From: a virus
Taxonomy: Duplodnaviria > Caudoviricetes
Virus record (IMG/VR): IMGVR_UViG_3300012942_000072
Coordinates: 1 to 43,359 of that record
DNA: 43,359 bases
Strand: one strand, 5' to 3'
The notes below the pieces were generated by a model. That model made no database searches. It worked only from the letters and a program-made list of their open reading frames with translations, and was not told where the DNA came from. Shown piece by piece: positions 8,574 through 17,789 of this stretch; the stretch's first letter is position 1, and every line of letters begins with the position of its first letter. The position numbers and the translations under genes were made by a program.

Positions 8574-9380
8574 TCAGCCCTTCAACACGTCGCGCCATGT
8601 GGCGTACAGCCCGAGCAGGCCGCCCCAGGTGGACGCCTCGTTCAGTACGTCCTGCCAGGTGCGGACCGGAATGAGAGTGGCGATCGACGGACCGCGGACC
8701 TGCGTGCCGGTGAGGGTCCAGCGCACCCGACCGTCGTCGAACACTGTCGGAACAGCGGAGTCGATCTGCAAGTACATGACCGGATCCAGTAGCGGCACAT
8801 CAGCCGGGACGCGCAGGCACATCAGCATCGCCTGCTGCACGACGTGGAACACCGTGTTCGCGGCGTCAACTGTCCGGCAGAACAACACGATCGGGACGCT
8901 GGACGGAGCCTGACGGATGTTCGACTGGCCCATCGGAAGGCGGGAGCCGATCACCTCGATCGTGGATGCTGTGGTCAGCAGCCCGAACCCGGACAGCGAT
9001 CCCGACTCCATGACCACTGGTCCTGATCCGTCGCGGTTCCACGCCATCGACGTGCCGGGGTCCAGCGGGTCCGATGCCCACGCCTCGGTCACGTCCAGCG
9101 TCAACGGGTCGGAGTAGTCGGTGAGCGAGTCGACCACGGCACCGGTGTCGTCGTAGGACTCGAACTGGTACTTCACGGCGATTCCGAACGGGGCCTCGAA
9201 GTCGGTGATCGTGAAGCCGCCCGCCGCTGGGGCGTTGACAGCGGAGCGGACCGGTTCGCGGGTGCCGTCGTAGGCTCGCCACAGGGTGTAGTTGGTGGCG
9301 TCCACGTCGGTGGTGCCGTCGATCACGATCCGCGGGCACGGACCGGCGTCGGTGAACGCCGTGGTGGTGGGGGCGGTCAT
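8574..9380 (-). CDS. Minor tail protein (distal tail-like)
   Basis: First gene after tape measure; DFEAPFG and RTWQDV motifs. Confidence 0.8.
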   Translation of the reverse strand: MTAPTTTAFTDAGPCPRIVIDGTTDVDATNYTLWRAYDGTREPVRSAVNAPAAGGFTITDFEAPFGIAVKYQFESYDDTGAVVDSLTDYSDPLTLDVTEAWASDPLDPGTSMAWNRDGSGPVVMESGSLSGFGLLTTASTIEVIGSRLPMGQSNIRQAPSSVPIVLFCRTVDAANTVFHVVQQAMLMCLRVPADVPLLDPVMYLQIDSAVPTVFDDGRVRWTLTGTQVRGPSIATLIPVRTWQDVLNEASTWGGLLGLYATWRDVLKG

Positions 9381-12300
9381 GCGTTGGCCAGCCCGTAGAC
9401 CTGGGCGGAGATCCGGCCGTCTGCGACGTCGGACACCTGCGCAAGCAGATACTCACCGGTGAACGGGTTCTGCACATACACCGCCGGGGCACCAGTCTGC
9501 CCGGCAGCCGGTGCGGCAGATGGCGCGGCGAAGTGGGAGATCTTCGCCTGCGTGTTCTCGACCATCGCCGCCGTGACCAGGCTCGCCGCGTCCCGTACCG
9601 TCCGCTTCTCACCGAGCAGACCAGCACCGATCGACCCGCCGAAGTTCGACCCGAGATTGATTCCCACCTTCGACGGGGACGCGATACCGAGTTCCTTCTT
9701 GAACGTGGCCACCATCGAATCGGTCAGGGTGATGACACCCTTGTTGACCAGCTTCTGCTGCGACGTGATCCCGTCCAAGATCCCCTGCGCGAACGACACC
9801 CCGGAGGCCACGCCCTGCGGGTTGAGACTGTTCGTCAACGACGTGCCGAGGCTGGTGCCGAGAGAGTTGATCGTGTTCTGGTTCGACGCCAGGTGCTTGA
9901 TCTGCGCAGGGGTCGCCTTCATCAACTCCTTCACGACTGGCAGCGCGGATGGGCCGGCCGCCGCGAGTTGCCCGAGGGTTGTAGCGTCCAGGCCTTCCTT
10001 GGCGAGCTGCGTCAGATCGTTGGAGAACGTCCGGGCGTTGGCGACGGCCTGGTCCGAGCCGTTGAGGATGTCGGCCAGATTGGATGTGGTCGCCGTCCCG
10101 GACGAGTACGACCCCGCCGCAGCGTTCCCGGTCCGCGTGACCACGTCCTGCGTCGTCGCATAGGATGTGACGTCGAACGAGGACTGAATCCCCGACGCGT
10201 ACTGCGACACCATCTGGTTGAACGCGTCCTGCGCGGACTGAAGCTGTTGCTTCGCGGTCGCCGCGAGGTCCGCGAGTTCGTTCTTGAGCGCCGTCTTGCG
10301 GGCGTCGTTCAACTGGGCGGTGAGCTTCGCCAGATCCTTCCGGTCAGCCTGCGCCATCTTCTTCGTCAAGCCATGCTTGGCCAGGTCATCGGAGACCTCC
10401 TGACGCTTCTTGGAGATCTGATTGAAGATCGTCGCGTAGTTCTTCTGGATCGCGTCCGTGCCGAGCGTGTCAGCCGTGATCTGCTTCGTCGGCAACGTCC
10501 CGATCTGGCTGAACGAGTCCTGCAATGACGACTGGAGCGTCTTCTGCGCATTCTTGTTCAGCTTCTTCAGGTCCGCGAGGAACTTCTTCTTATCCTTCGG
10601 GTCCAGTTTCGGGTCGGCCTTGATCTCGATCTTCTCGTTCTTGATCTTATTCGCCAGCGCGCTGTACCCGGCCAACGTCGTCGCGGCGTCGGCGTTCAGT
10701 TTGCCGATCTGCTTGGCGATCTTCGCCGCTTCCTTCTCCGCCGGGGTCTTCGCCGTACTAGCCGCCGCAGGGGCCGACCCGTTGACAACCGACTTGTAGG
10801 CGGGAGCGTCAAAGACCGGAGTGTTCTTGATCTGGTTCAGCAGCTTCGACTCACGCGCGATGTAGTCGTTGATCGCTCCGGCTTCAAGGGATGACTTCGC
10901 GTCCCCGAGCTGCTTCGTCGCCTTGATGATGTTGCCGAGAATCGTCAGACGCTCAGCTTCCTTCTCCGCGTTCGACGTGAACGTGAGTTCGATGTTCTTC
11001 GGCAGCCCGAGCAACTGCTGCGCCAGCGCTACCGCCTGGGAGCGGGTGTCACCCATCTGCTCTGCGGCATAGATGAACGCACCGGAAGCCTGCTGAATGT
11101 TCGTTGTGGACGCCCGCGCAGCATCCGGAAGTTGTGCCCACGCCGCAGCGAACTGCGCTAGCTGTCCGTCAGCATCGGCCGCGTCACGGGTTGTGGATTG
11201 GAACGCGCCCTTGGCGTTCTTCGCATAGTCCAGCAGCGAACCAGCAGCATCCGTGAAGTCGGCGAGGCCCTTGATCTTGTCAAGCCGAGAGGCAAAATCT
11301 GCTAGCTGCCCTGACGACTCGCCCTGCGCTGACCCGTACACGGTTGCGGCGTCGGACGCCTGCTGCCAGAAGTCGACCATCTTCTGAATGCCGGACGCGT
11401 ACCCACTCCATTCGCCGGGGTCGCGCTTCACGTTGGCCTGAATGTCGGCGAGCTGCTGCTTCGCCAGCGCCAACTGCTTCGCGGCGTTCTTCCCACCGGA
11501 CTCCATATCCGTCAGGAACGACTTCACGTCGGTATCAGGAAGTTGGAAGTCGCCGCCGAGGCTCAGACTCTGCCGTAGATCCGCAAGCTGCTTCGCGAGA
11601 TCAGCAAACTGAGAGGCGGCCTGCCGCTGCTCCAAAGTCCCCAGAGTGTCGATGACGTGCTGGATGCTGTCAGCGGTGGCCTTCATCGCGGGGGGTGCCT
11701 GCCGGCCGATATCGCTCAGGCCCTTCGCGAGTCCCGCCAGTCCACCGATGACCGCCCCGCCCGTGCCGAGCGATGAACCAACCAAGGCACCGGTGGCGGC
11801 GAGGTTCGCCACATGCCCAGCGGCAGAGTTAGACGCTCCGGATAGGGCGGTGATCGCGAGTGTCGCCCCGCCGATCGCGGTAGCGGCACCGCGGAAAGTA
11901 GTCAGTTTCCCGGCGGCAAACCCCAGCGCCTCAGTCTTCGTCGCTGCGCCCGTGGCCTGTGCCTGCCAAGCGAACATGGCCGTCTTCGCGATCTCAAGTT
12001 CCTTGACCCACCCGACGATCTTCGCGGTGCCCCACGCGAGCCCGACGGCGAGCAGCGCGTCGTGGATGTCCCACAGGAACTTCCCGAACCCGACACCAGC
12101 CTTCACGGCGATGGTGAAGTCGTCGCCGAACTCCTTGAGTGCGCCCTTGCCGGATGGGGAGTTCAGCCAGCCCATGAAGTCCTGCGCCGCGTCCTTCAGG
12201 GAGTTGAACGCGCCCACCCCGTCAGCGCCGAGGTCCTGCTGCAACGTGTCCTTGATGTTGGACAGGGTGCCGAGAAGCGTCTTCGACTGCGCGTCCATCG

Positions 12301-13051
12301 CCCCGCCGAACAACTTCTCGAAGCCGTCCAGCAGATCCTGAGCAGCTTCGGTGCCGGGGATCAGCCCAGCGGTGGTCATGTCCTGCACTTGCTGCTTGGA
12401 CACGCCGATCTTGTTGGCGAGGATTCCCCACGCGTTGATCCCGACATCGGTCAACTGCCGCATGTCCTGCGTCATCAGATGACTTGAGTTGCGGATCTGT
12501 CCGATGGCGTAGGTGACCCGGTCCAGCCCATCCGCACCAGCACCCAACGCAGAGACGGCGTCACCAACGTCAGTCAGGGTGGGGATCAGGGACTGCGCAT
12601 CGAACCCCATCGCCAGCAGCCGCTGGGAGTACTTCGTGACGTCCTCGAAGTTGAACGGGGTCTCGCGCGCGAACTTCTCCAACGTCGCGATCTGATCCGT
12701 GGCAGCGCTTGAGGATCCGAGCAGGGTTGTGAACGCCGTGTGCGTCTGCTCCAGGCGCCCGTTGAAGCCGACGATCGCATCTGCGGCGGCACCGAACACC
12801 TGCTTCAACCCGCCGATCGCCGCATACGCGCCGCCGTACACGAACACGTTCTTCAGCGCAGAGTTGATCTTCTCCGACGCGGCGCTAGAGAACTGGTTCC
12901 CGTAAGCCTCGCCCTGCGACTTACCAGCCGACCGCATCACCATCGCCGAACCGTTGATCGCCTGCTGCGTCGCCTGCGTCAGGTTCTTGAACTGGGCGGT
13001 GATCGCTACATGCGCCGACGCGATCTCAGGACCGGTACCAGTGTTGGCCAT
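9377..13051 (-). CDS. Tape measure protein
   Basis: 1224 aa, Ala-rich; FARETPF tape-measure domain; LGIASPSK motif. Confidence 0.95.
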   Translation of the reverse strand: MANTGTGPEIASAHVAITAQFKNLTQATQQAINGSAMVMRSAGKSQGEAYGNQFSSAASEKINSALKNVFVYGGAYAAIGGLKQVFGAAADAIVGFNGRLEQTHTAFTTLLGSSSAATDQIATLEKFARETPFNFEDVTKYSQRLLAMGFDAQSLIPTLTDVGDAVSALGAGADGLDRVTYAIGQIRNSSHLMTQDMRQLTDVGINAWGILANKIGVSKQQVQDMTTAGLIPGTEAAQDLLDGFEKLFGGAMDAQSKTLLGTLSNIKDTLQQDLGADGVGAFNSLKDAAQDFMGWLNSPSGKGALKEFGDDFTIAVKAGVGFGKFLWDIHDALLAVGLAWGTAKIVGWVKELEIAKTAMFAWQAQATGAATKTEALGFAAGKLTTFRGAATAIGGATLAITALSGASNSAAGHVANLAATGALVGSSLGTGGAVIGGLAGLAKGLSDIGRQAPPAMKATADSIQHVIDTLGTLEQRQAASQFADLAKQLADLRQSLSLGGDFQLPDTDVKSFLTDMESGGKNAAKQLALAKQQLADIQANVKRDPGEWSGYASGIQKMVDFWQQASDAATVYGSAQGESSGQLADFASRLDKIKGLADFTDAAGSLLDYAKNAKGAFQSTTRDAADADGQLAQFAAAWAQLPDAARASTTNIQQASGAFIYAAEQMGDTRSQAVALAQQLLGLPKNIELTFTSNAEKEAERLTILGNIIKATKQLGDAKSSLEAGAINDYIARESKLLNQIKNTPVFDAPAYKSVVNGSAPAAASTAKTPAEKEAAKIAKQIGKLNADAATTLAGYSALANKIKNEKIEIKADPKLDPKDKKKFLADLKKLNKNAQKTLQSSLQDSFSQIGTLPTKQITADTLGTDAIQKNYATIFNQISKKRQEVSDDLAKHGLTKKMAQADRKDLAKLTAQLNDARKTALKNELADLAATAKQQLQSAQDAFNQMVSQYASGIQSSFDVTSYATTQDVVTRTGNAAAGSYSSGTATTSNLADILNGSDQAVANARTFSNDLTQLAKEGLDATTLGQLAAAGPSALPVVKELMKATPAQIKHLASNQNTINSLGTSLGTSLTNSLNPQGVASGVSFAQGILDGITSQQKLVNKGVITLTDSMVATFKKELGIASPSKVGINLGSNFGGSIGAGLLGEKRTVRDAASLVTAAMVENTQAKISHFAAPSAAPAAGQTGAPAVYVQNPFTGEYLLAQVSDVADGRISAQVYGLANA

Positions 13052-13472
13052 TTACCGCTCCCTTCTACGTCGCTTCGGCGGTTGTTTCAGCACCGCATCC
13101 CAATGGGCCTTCATCTGCTCCACCGACAGCACAGGCACCGTTCGAGTAGCCGGTTCAGGGGTGAACGAGGTCGGGATCTTCGACGCCAGGCTTCGGCCGT
13201 CGACCCGGTAGCTGGGCAGGCCGCGACGGATGCCGCCGAGGATCAGGTCCGCGATCCGGCCTTCCATCGACAGCGGATAAGGCTCACGGTTGATCGAGGC
13301 GTACAGCCACGAACCGGGGTCGGCGGCGATCAGCCGCAACAACCCGGCCGCCTCATCAGCGCCGATCAGCTTTCCGATGGAGTCGAGTCCTCCGAGGCGG
13401 GGGAATCGGTGTCGCCATTCGTAGGCTGCGGCTCGACGGTGGTCGTGGACGATTCCGTCGAGCCAGAAGATT
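13052..13472 (-). CDS. Tail assembly chaperone, frameshifted C-terminal extension (gpGT-like)
   Basis: -1 frame entered at GGGGGAA (13471-13477); ends just before tape measure. Confidence 0.8.
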
Positions 13473-13869
13473 CCCCCGTGGGGTTCACGTCTTCCGGCTT
13501 CGCCCCGGCGGCTTCGATCCACGGGTTCAGCACGGCGAACAGATCCGATAGAAGTTCGTTGTCCTTCGTCAGGTCCATCAAGACCTTGGCGGCTGCGGCG
13601 TACTTCCCCGACAGTTCGAGGTCCCCGGCTTCCACGGCCTCATTCGTGGCGTCGTCGATGATGCGTCCGGCGGCGGCGATCAGATCCCCGGCCCGGTACT
13701 GCAACTCGCGGGCACGTAGCTCCTTGTCGGCGTCGCGCCGCCCCAACTCGCGGGTCAGCTCGGCGCGCAACTCACCCACTTCCACCCACGACAGGATCGT
13801 GGGAACGACCTTGTCCGGGTCGAAGTCAGGCAGGGTGTATTCGATGTCGTCATGCGTGAACGTGAACAC
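13366..13869 (-). CDS. Tail assembly chaperone (gpG-like)
   Basis: GTG after GAGGAG; lies between tail tube and tape measure; ...NPTGESS at the slippery site. Confidence 0.85.
   Translation of the reverse strand: MFTFTHDDIEYTLPDFDPDKVVPTILSWVEVGELRAELTRELGRRDADKELRARELQYRAGDLIAAAGRIIDDATNEAVEAGDLELSGKYAAAAKVLMDLTKDNELLSDLFAVLNPWIEAAGAKPEDVNPTGESSGSTESSTTTVEPQPTNGDTDSPASEDSTPSES
13471..13477 (-). other. Programmed -1 ribosomal frameshift site GGGGGAA
   Basis: ACG GGG GAA in frame 0 versus GGG GGA ATC in frame -1. Confidence 0.85.
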
Positions 13870-13953
13870 TGGTTCTCCTCGGATGGGATTGATGGGTGTG
13901 ATGGGTTGGCCCTCCCACCGCGCCACCCATCAGGACGCGGCGGGAGGGAGCAC

Positions 13954-14526
13954 TCAGGCCGAGCCGGCGTCAGGGATGAGGAGCTTCGCCTTCCAACCCA
14001 GAGTCGGGTCGACGTCGCCGGACACCTGGAACGGGGCCTGCAACACCGCGCCGGTACCGGACGTCTGGTGGGCCATGTCGCCGTTGAGGGCGATCACCGC
14101 ATAGGGGAACTGCCAGCCGACCTTGTCGCCAGCCTCGTCCTCAGCGACGAGCACGAACGAGTCGTGCGGCGGCACCGCGCCGGTCACGTACAGGCCGGTG
14201 TCCAGGACGTAGTCCCAGAACCCGTCGTCCAGCACGTGCAGGTTCGCCCCGGAGATCGTCGCCGCATCATCCGAGGGGGTGTAGATCCGCGTGAACTCCT
14301 TGTTGCCGATCGTTGACCGGACCGGCGTCGAGGACGGGGCCGCGCCCACGTTCACGTTGAAACCGGAATCGGCCGGCGCGACCGCAAGCAGGGCATAACC
14401 CTTGGTGCTGGTCAGGCTCGGCAGATCGGTGTAGTCGAGTTCGGTGGAGTCCTGCGACTTCGCGAACACCGCGACGTTCTTGATCGTGAACCCGAGCAGC
14501 GGGTCCTGTTCGAAGGTCAAAGGCAT
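13954..14526 (-). CDS. Major tail (tube) protein
   Basis: Synteny, 190 aa, strong AAAGGA RBS. Confidence 0.8.
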   Translation of the reverse strand: MPLTFEQDPLLGFTIKNVAVFAKSQDSTELDYTDLPSLTSTKGYALLAVAPADSGFNVNVGAAPSSTPVRSTIGNKEFTRIYTPSDDAATISGANLHVLDDGFWDYVLDTGLYVTGAVPPHDSFVLVAEDEAGDKVGWQFPYAVIALNGDMAHQTSGTGAVLQAPFQVSGDVDPTLGWKAKLLIPDAGSA

Positions 14527-14551
14527 GACCGTTTCCTTTCGGTGGGGAAAT

Positions 14552-14586
14552 GACGAAAGCCCCCGAACCGGAGTGGTTGAGGGCTG
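14552..14586 (-). terminator. Hairpin/attenuator upstream of the major tail gene
   Basis: AGCCCTCAACC...GGTTCGGGGGCT followed by TTCGTCATTT. Confidence 0.5.
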
Positions 14587-14615
14587 AAATCCCCACCCGT
14601 GGTGGGGGACTTTGG

Positions 14616-15035
14616 TTACTGGCCGCGAACGACGAACTGTGCGGAGACGATCCGCATGGGCCGCGAGGACGCGTCGAAGCTGATGGTGGGGCCGTTCACG
14701 TCCGATAGGGCTTCGACCGTGCGACCGGCGAGGCGCTTCTGGGTGAGGCCGTTCAGCAGCAGGAACGCGACCTTCTCGACCTCAAGCCCATAGGCCTCTT
14801 CCGTCGCCGCTGTAGCGGTCCGGCCGTACAGCTCGAAAACGACGAGGCCGTGCTTCGTCAACGACAGGTCAGAGGTGAAGGTGGGGACGATGCGGATGGT
14901 GCGATCGGCGATGGTGCCGTAAGACCGGATCACCGACCACGGAGCGATCAGCGACGCATCCGTACCGGTGAGCGTGGTCTTCCAGTCGTCGATGTTCAGC
15001 TTCAGGTCCCACTGGAACGAGTCGGGGAAGATCAC
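14616..15035 (-). CDS. Tail terminator-like protein
   Basis: Synteny; GTGA overlap with upstream gene. Confidence 0.65.
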   Translation of the reverse strand: MIFPDSFQWDLKLNIDDWKTTLTGTDASLIAPWSVIRSYGTIADRTIRIVPTFTSDLSLTKHGLVVFELYGRTATAATEEAYGLEVEKVAFLLLNGLTQKRLAGRTVEALSDVNGPTISFDASSRPMRIVSAQFVVRGQ

Positions 15036-15355
15036 TTCCCACCGCCGAAGTGCTTCACGGCATCGATACCGGAGTTCGGCGTGCCGGCGACGTACCCGTC
15101 GCCCTTGTCGTTCTTCCACGCCCGCCCGGTGAACACGACCGCAGAGACGGGAATCGGCGCCTTCTTCGACCCGACGAACACGTCTTCTTGCGTGCCGACG
15201 TCCTCCACCGACACAGACGTGGCAGCGAGGTTGCCTTGCTGCAACGACTGACCCACGGCGGCGACCTTCTGCGCCGCCTCGTGGACTGCTTGCCGCGCGC
15301 CGGCCGAGTTGACCAGCTCTCGAAGTCCGGCCGTGTTCCAGTTGATGTCAGCCAT
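15032..15355 (-). CDS. Neck/tail completion protein
   Basis: INWNTAGLRELVNS N-terminus typical of this position; synteny. Confidence 0.7.
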   Translation of the reverse strand: MADINWNTAGLRELVNSAGARQAVHEAAQKVAAVGQSLQQGNLAATSVSVEDVGTQEDVFVGSKKAPIPVSAVVFTGRAWKNDKGDGYVAGTPNSGIDAVKHFGGGK

Positions 15356-15728
15356 CGACTCGCCTTACGGGAACTTCCAGCCCGCCGAACGCACCGTCAG
15401 TCCACGGTGCGGGCGCGCCGTCCGTGGTGAACAGAGCCGGGTCGCTCGGGTTGAAACTCGGACTGGCCGGGTTGGTCACGAACGCCGTCACACCGCCGGG
15501 ACCGCAGTAGGCGAGTAGGTCTCCCTCGATCACGTCGGGGAAGTCGGTACCGAGCCGCAGCAGGCGCGGGCGGGCCACCGAAGCGAGCCGGTCCCCGTCG
15601 ATCGTCAGGGCGGAGGTCTGCCAATCCAGCAGCCATCCCTGCGACGTCTCGACGCTCCAGGTCGAGGTGATATCGCCCGTCGCGGGATCGGTGATGGTCG
15701 TGGAACGCAGGCGGTGGACGGGGAACAT
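15348..15728 (-). CDS. Head-to-tail stopper
   Basis: DG.P.PW...G.EV..RRVDG C-terminus; synteny. Confidence 0.75.
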   Translation of the reverse strand: MFPVHRLRSTTITDPATGDITSTWSVETSQGWLLDWQTSALTIDGDRLASVARPRLLRLGTDFPDVIEGDLLAYCGPGGVTAFVTNPASPSFNPSDPALFTTDGAPAPWTDGAFGGLEVPVRRVDG

Positions 15729-16234
15729 CAGAACGTCTCCCGCAACGGGATACCGGCGATGTCCGCCCCGCAGTCGCAGTACGCGCCGCCATAGATCAAG
15801 TTCCCTCGGCTATCGACGTAGCGCAGGCTGGAGCAGGCGATGTCATGCCGCGTGCTCACGGTGGGCACGGTGTCGAGCGCGAACGCGCCGCCCTCATCGG
15901 GACTACGGCAGATCTTCTGCAAACGCTCAATCTCGGTAGGCCACAGCTTGTACCCGGCTGTGGCGACGGGGTTCGCGGCTCCCTCTTGGAACGGTCCCAC
16001 CGTCACCGAGCGGGCGGTGACGCCGTCCTGTGACCAGCGCTTGAGCACGGAGAACAGCAGCAGCCTCGCCGATGCCAACTGATCATCGGTCGGTCCCCCG
16101 CTACTTGTGGTGATCAGGCAGGGGGCGGCGCGGCGGGCGTCGGCATTCAGGCCGTCGACTATCAGCGGGAACTCCTCACCGAACTGGTCGGCGATGTCGC
16201 TGGGGACGTCCTCCATTCCGAGGATGTCATCCAT
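15728..16234 (-). CDS. Head-to-tail adaptor
   Basis: ARRAAPCL, TVGPF, LWPTEI..LQ..C and CDCGADIAG motifs; follows capsid gene. Confidence 0.8.
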   Translation of the reverse strand: MDDILGMEDVPSDIADQFGEEFPLIVDGLNADARRAAPCLITTSSGGPTDDQLASARLLLFSVLKRWSQDGVTARSVTVGPFQEGAANPVATAGYKLWPTEIERLQKICRSPDEGGAFALDTVPTVSTRHDIACSSLRYVDSRGNLIYGGAYCDCGADIAGIPLRETF

Positions 16235-16256
16235 TGCGCCTCCGTGTGGTTCCGTA

Positions 16257-16290
16257 GGTGCCGCACGCACCCCAAAGTGCGTGCGGCACC
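16257..16290 (-). terminator. 14-bp perfect hairpin after the capsid gene
   Basis: GGTGCCGCACGCAC/GTGCGTGCGGCACC. Confidence 0.7.
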
Positions 16291-16296
16291 CGTGGG

Positions 16297-17214
16297 TTAG
16301 GCGCTGGTCTCGCCCGTGATCAGTGCGAAGGCGTCGATGTCGGCAACGCCCCAGCCGTAGACGATCTCGACGCGGAACGCGACCTGGTTGTTGCGCTTGA
16401 GGTCACCGTTGCCGTCCGGGTCGCCGAACTGGATCAGCTCGAGACCCATCTGGCGCTGGATGCCCCACCGGCACAAGTCCCAGTCGCCGACGATCGCCTG
16501 GATGTCCGAGCCACCGGGGATGACGCCCTTGGCCCCGACCGTGGTGGACAGGGCCGCAGTGAGGCTCTGGAATGTGGACGTGCCAGCCGTGGTGATCTCG
16601 TACTCCGGGTACAGCTTCTGCTCGGAGTTCGTACCGCGGGTCGTGACGATCTTCGCCGCGAACGTGGTGTCGAGCGCGATGCCGTTGGGCACGTAGCCCT
16701 TCGCCAGGATGTCCGCAATCGCCGTGTCGGTGTACGTGTGCGGCTTGCTCGCGCCCGAGGCCACGAGGTTGGTCGACTGGTCGATGTACGAGACGATCGC
16801 GGAGTCGTGTGCACCCGTGGCCGGGTTGACACCGTGGATACCGACGAAGTCCAGGGCACGGGCCAGAGCCGGCGTCATCTGGTCCAGACACTGCTCGAGG
16901 ACCGTCATCTGGTGGTCCGCGTCGGCCCACAGGATCTCATCCGTCCACCGGATGGTCTTCTGGAGCTTGTGCGGCTTCGTGGTGAAGCTCTTCGCCGTCA
17001 TCACCGAGGACGACTTGTTCGCGCCCTCACTGACCAGCTCGGCCTCGCCGATGTCGAACGTGAACGACTCGCCCTGACCGAACAGCATCGGCTCCGCCGA
17101 GCTGAGGGCGGCAATGACCGAACCGCCCTTGATCTTGTCCTTCATCTTGTCGAGGCGCTGCTTGGGGATGGTGACCCCGAGGTTGCCCACCGAGGTGGTG
17201 GAGAAAACGGCCAT
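16297..17214 (-). CDS. Major capsid protein (HK97 fold)
   Basis: ARALD, GDPDGNGDLKRNNQVAFRVEIVYGW motifs; AAAGGA RBS. Confidence 0.95.
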   Translation of the reverse strand: MAVFSTTSVGNLGVTIPKQRLDKMKDKIKGGSVIAALSSAEPMLFGQGESFTFDIGEAELVSEGANKSSSVMTAKSFTTKPHKLQKTIRWTDEILWADADHQMTVLEQCLDQMTPALARALDFVGIHGVNPATGAHDSAIVSYIDQSTNLVASGASKPHTYTDTAIADILAKGYVPNGIALDTTFAAKIVTTRGTNSEQKLYPEYEITTAGTSTFQSLTAALSTTVGAKGVIPGGSDIQAIVGDWDLCRWGIQRQMGLELIQFGDPDGNGDLKRNNQVAFRVEIVYGWGVADIDAFALITGETSA

Positions 17215-17235
17215 GACCGTCGTCCTTTCGTGTGG

Positions 17236-17718
17236 TTAGTCCCGCCCGAATAGCTGGGCCGTGAATTCGGCCATCTCGTTCTCCGGGGGTGCAGTGGAGG
17301 TCCTGCCTTCACTCGGGACTCGGTTGCCGCCGGTCTTTGTCGCGGCGGTAGCCAGACGCGCGGCGAGTGCCTTCTGCGTCTGTTCGTCCGGCTGTGCGGC
17401 GACGAGCGCGGCGTCCTCGACAGACAGCTTGTGCTCGGCTGCGATGGTCATTGCGCGGGCCTGCGCCAGCGCCTTGGCCGTCTCAGCCTGTGCGGCGACG
17501 AGCGCGTCCTGAGTCTTCTGAAGCTCGGACTTGTTCGCCTCGGTCTGCTTGTCGAGTTCCGCGGCCTTCGCCTTGAGGTCGCCGTAATCGGCGTACTTGC
17601 TGCGGAATGAGGTCTCGATCTCCGACCGGAGCGCCTTCACTTCATCAGCGGTGTACGTCTTCTTGCTGTCGCCCCCAGTGGCGGTGGTTTCCTGGGTGGT
17701 GGTGGCCTCTTCAGCCAT
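17236..17718 (-). CDS. Capsid scaffolding protein
   Basis: KYADYGDLKAKA...NKSELQK coiled-coil; precedes capsid gene. Confidence 0.88.
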   Translation of the reverse strand: MAEEATTTQETTATGGDSKKTYTADEVKALRSEIETSFRSKYADYGDLKAKAAELDKQTEANKSELQKTQDALVAAQAETAKALAQARAMTIAAEHKLSVEDAALVAAQPDEQTQKALAARLATAATKTGGNRVPSEGRTSTAPPENEMAEFTAQLFGRD

Positions 17719-17789
17719 GAGTTGCTACCTCCGTTTGACCAGCGTTCAGACCCGCTGTCGGTCGATCCCGGACGGAGTTCCGGGAAGTT

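Noticed and set aside
2187-9380. Diversity-generating retroelement or invertible tail-fibre cassette
   Set aside because: No reverse transcriptase, template/variable repeat pair or invertase was seen
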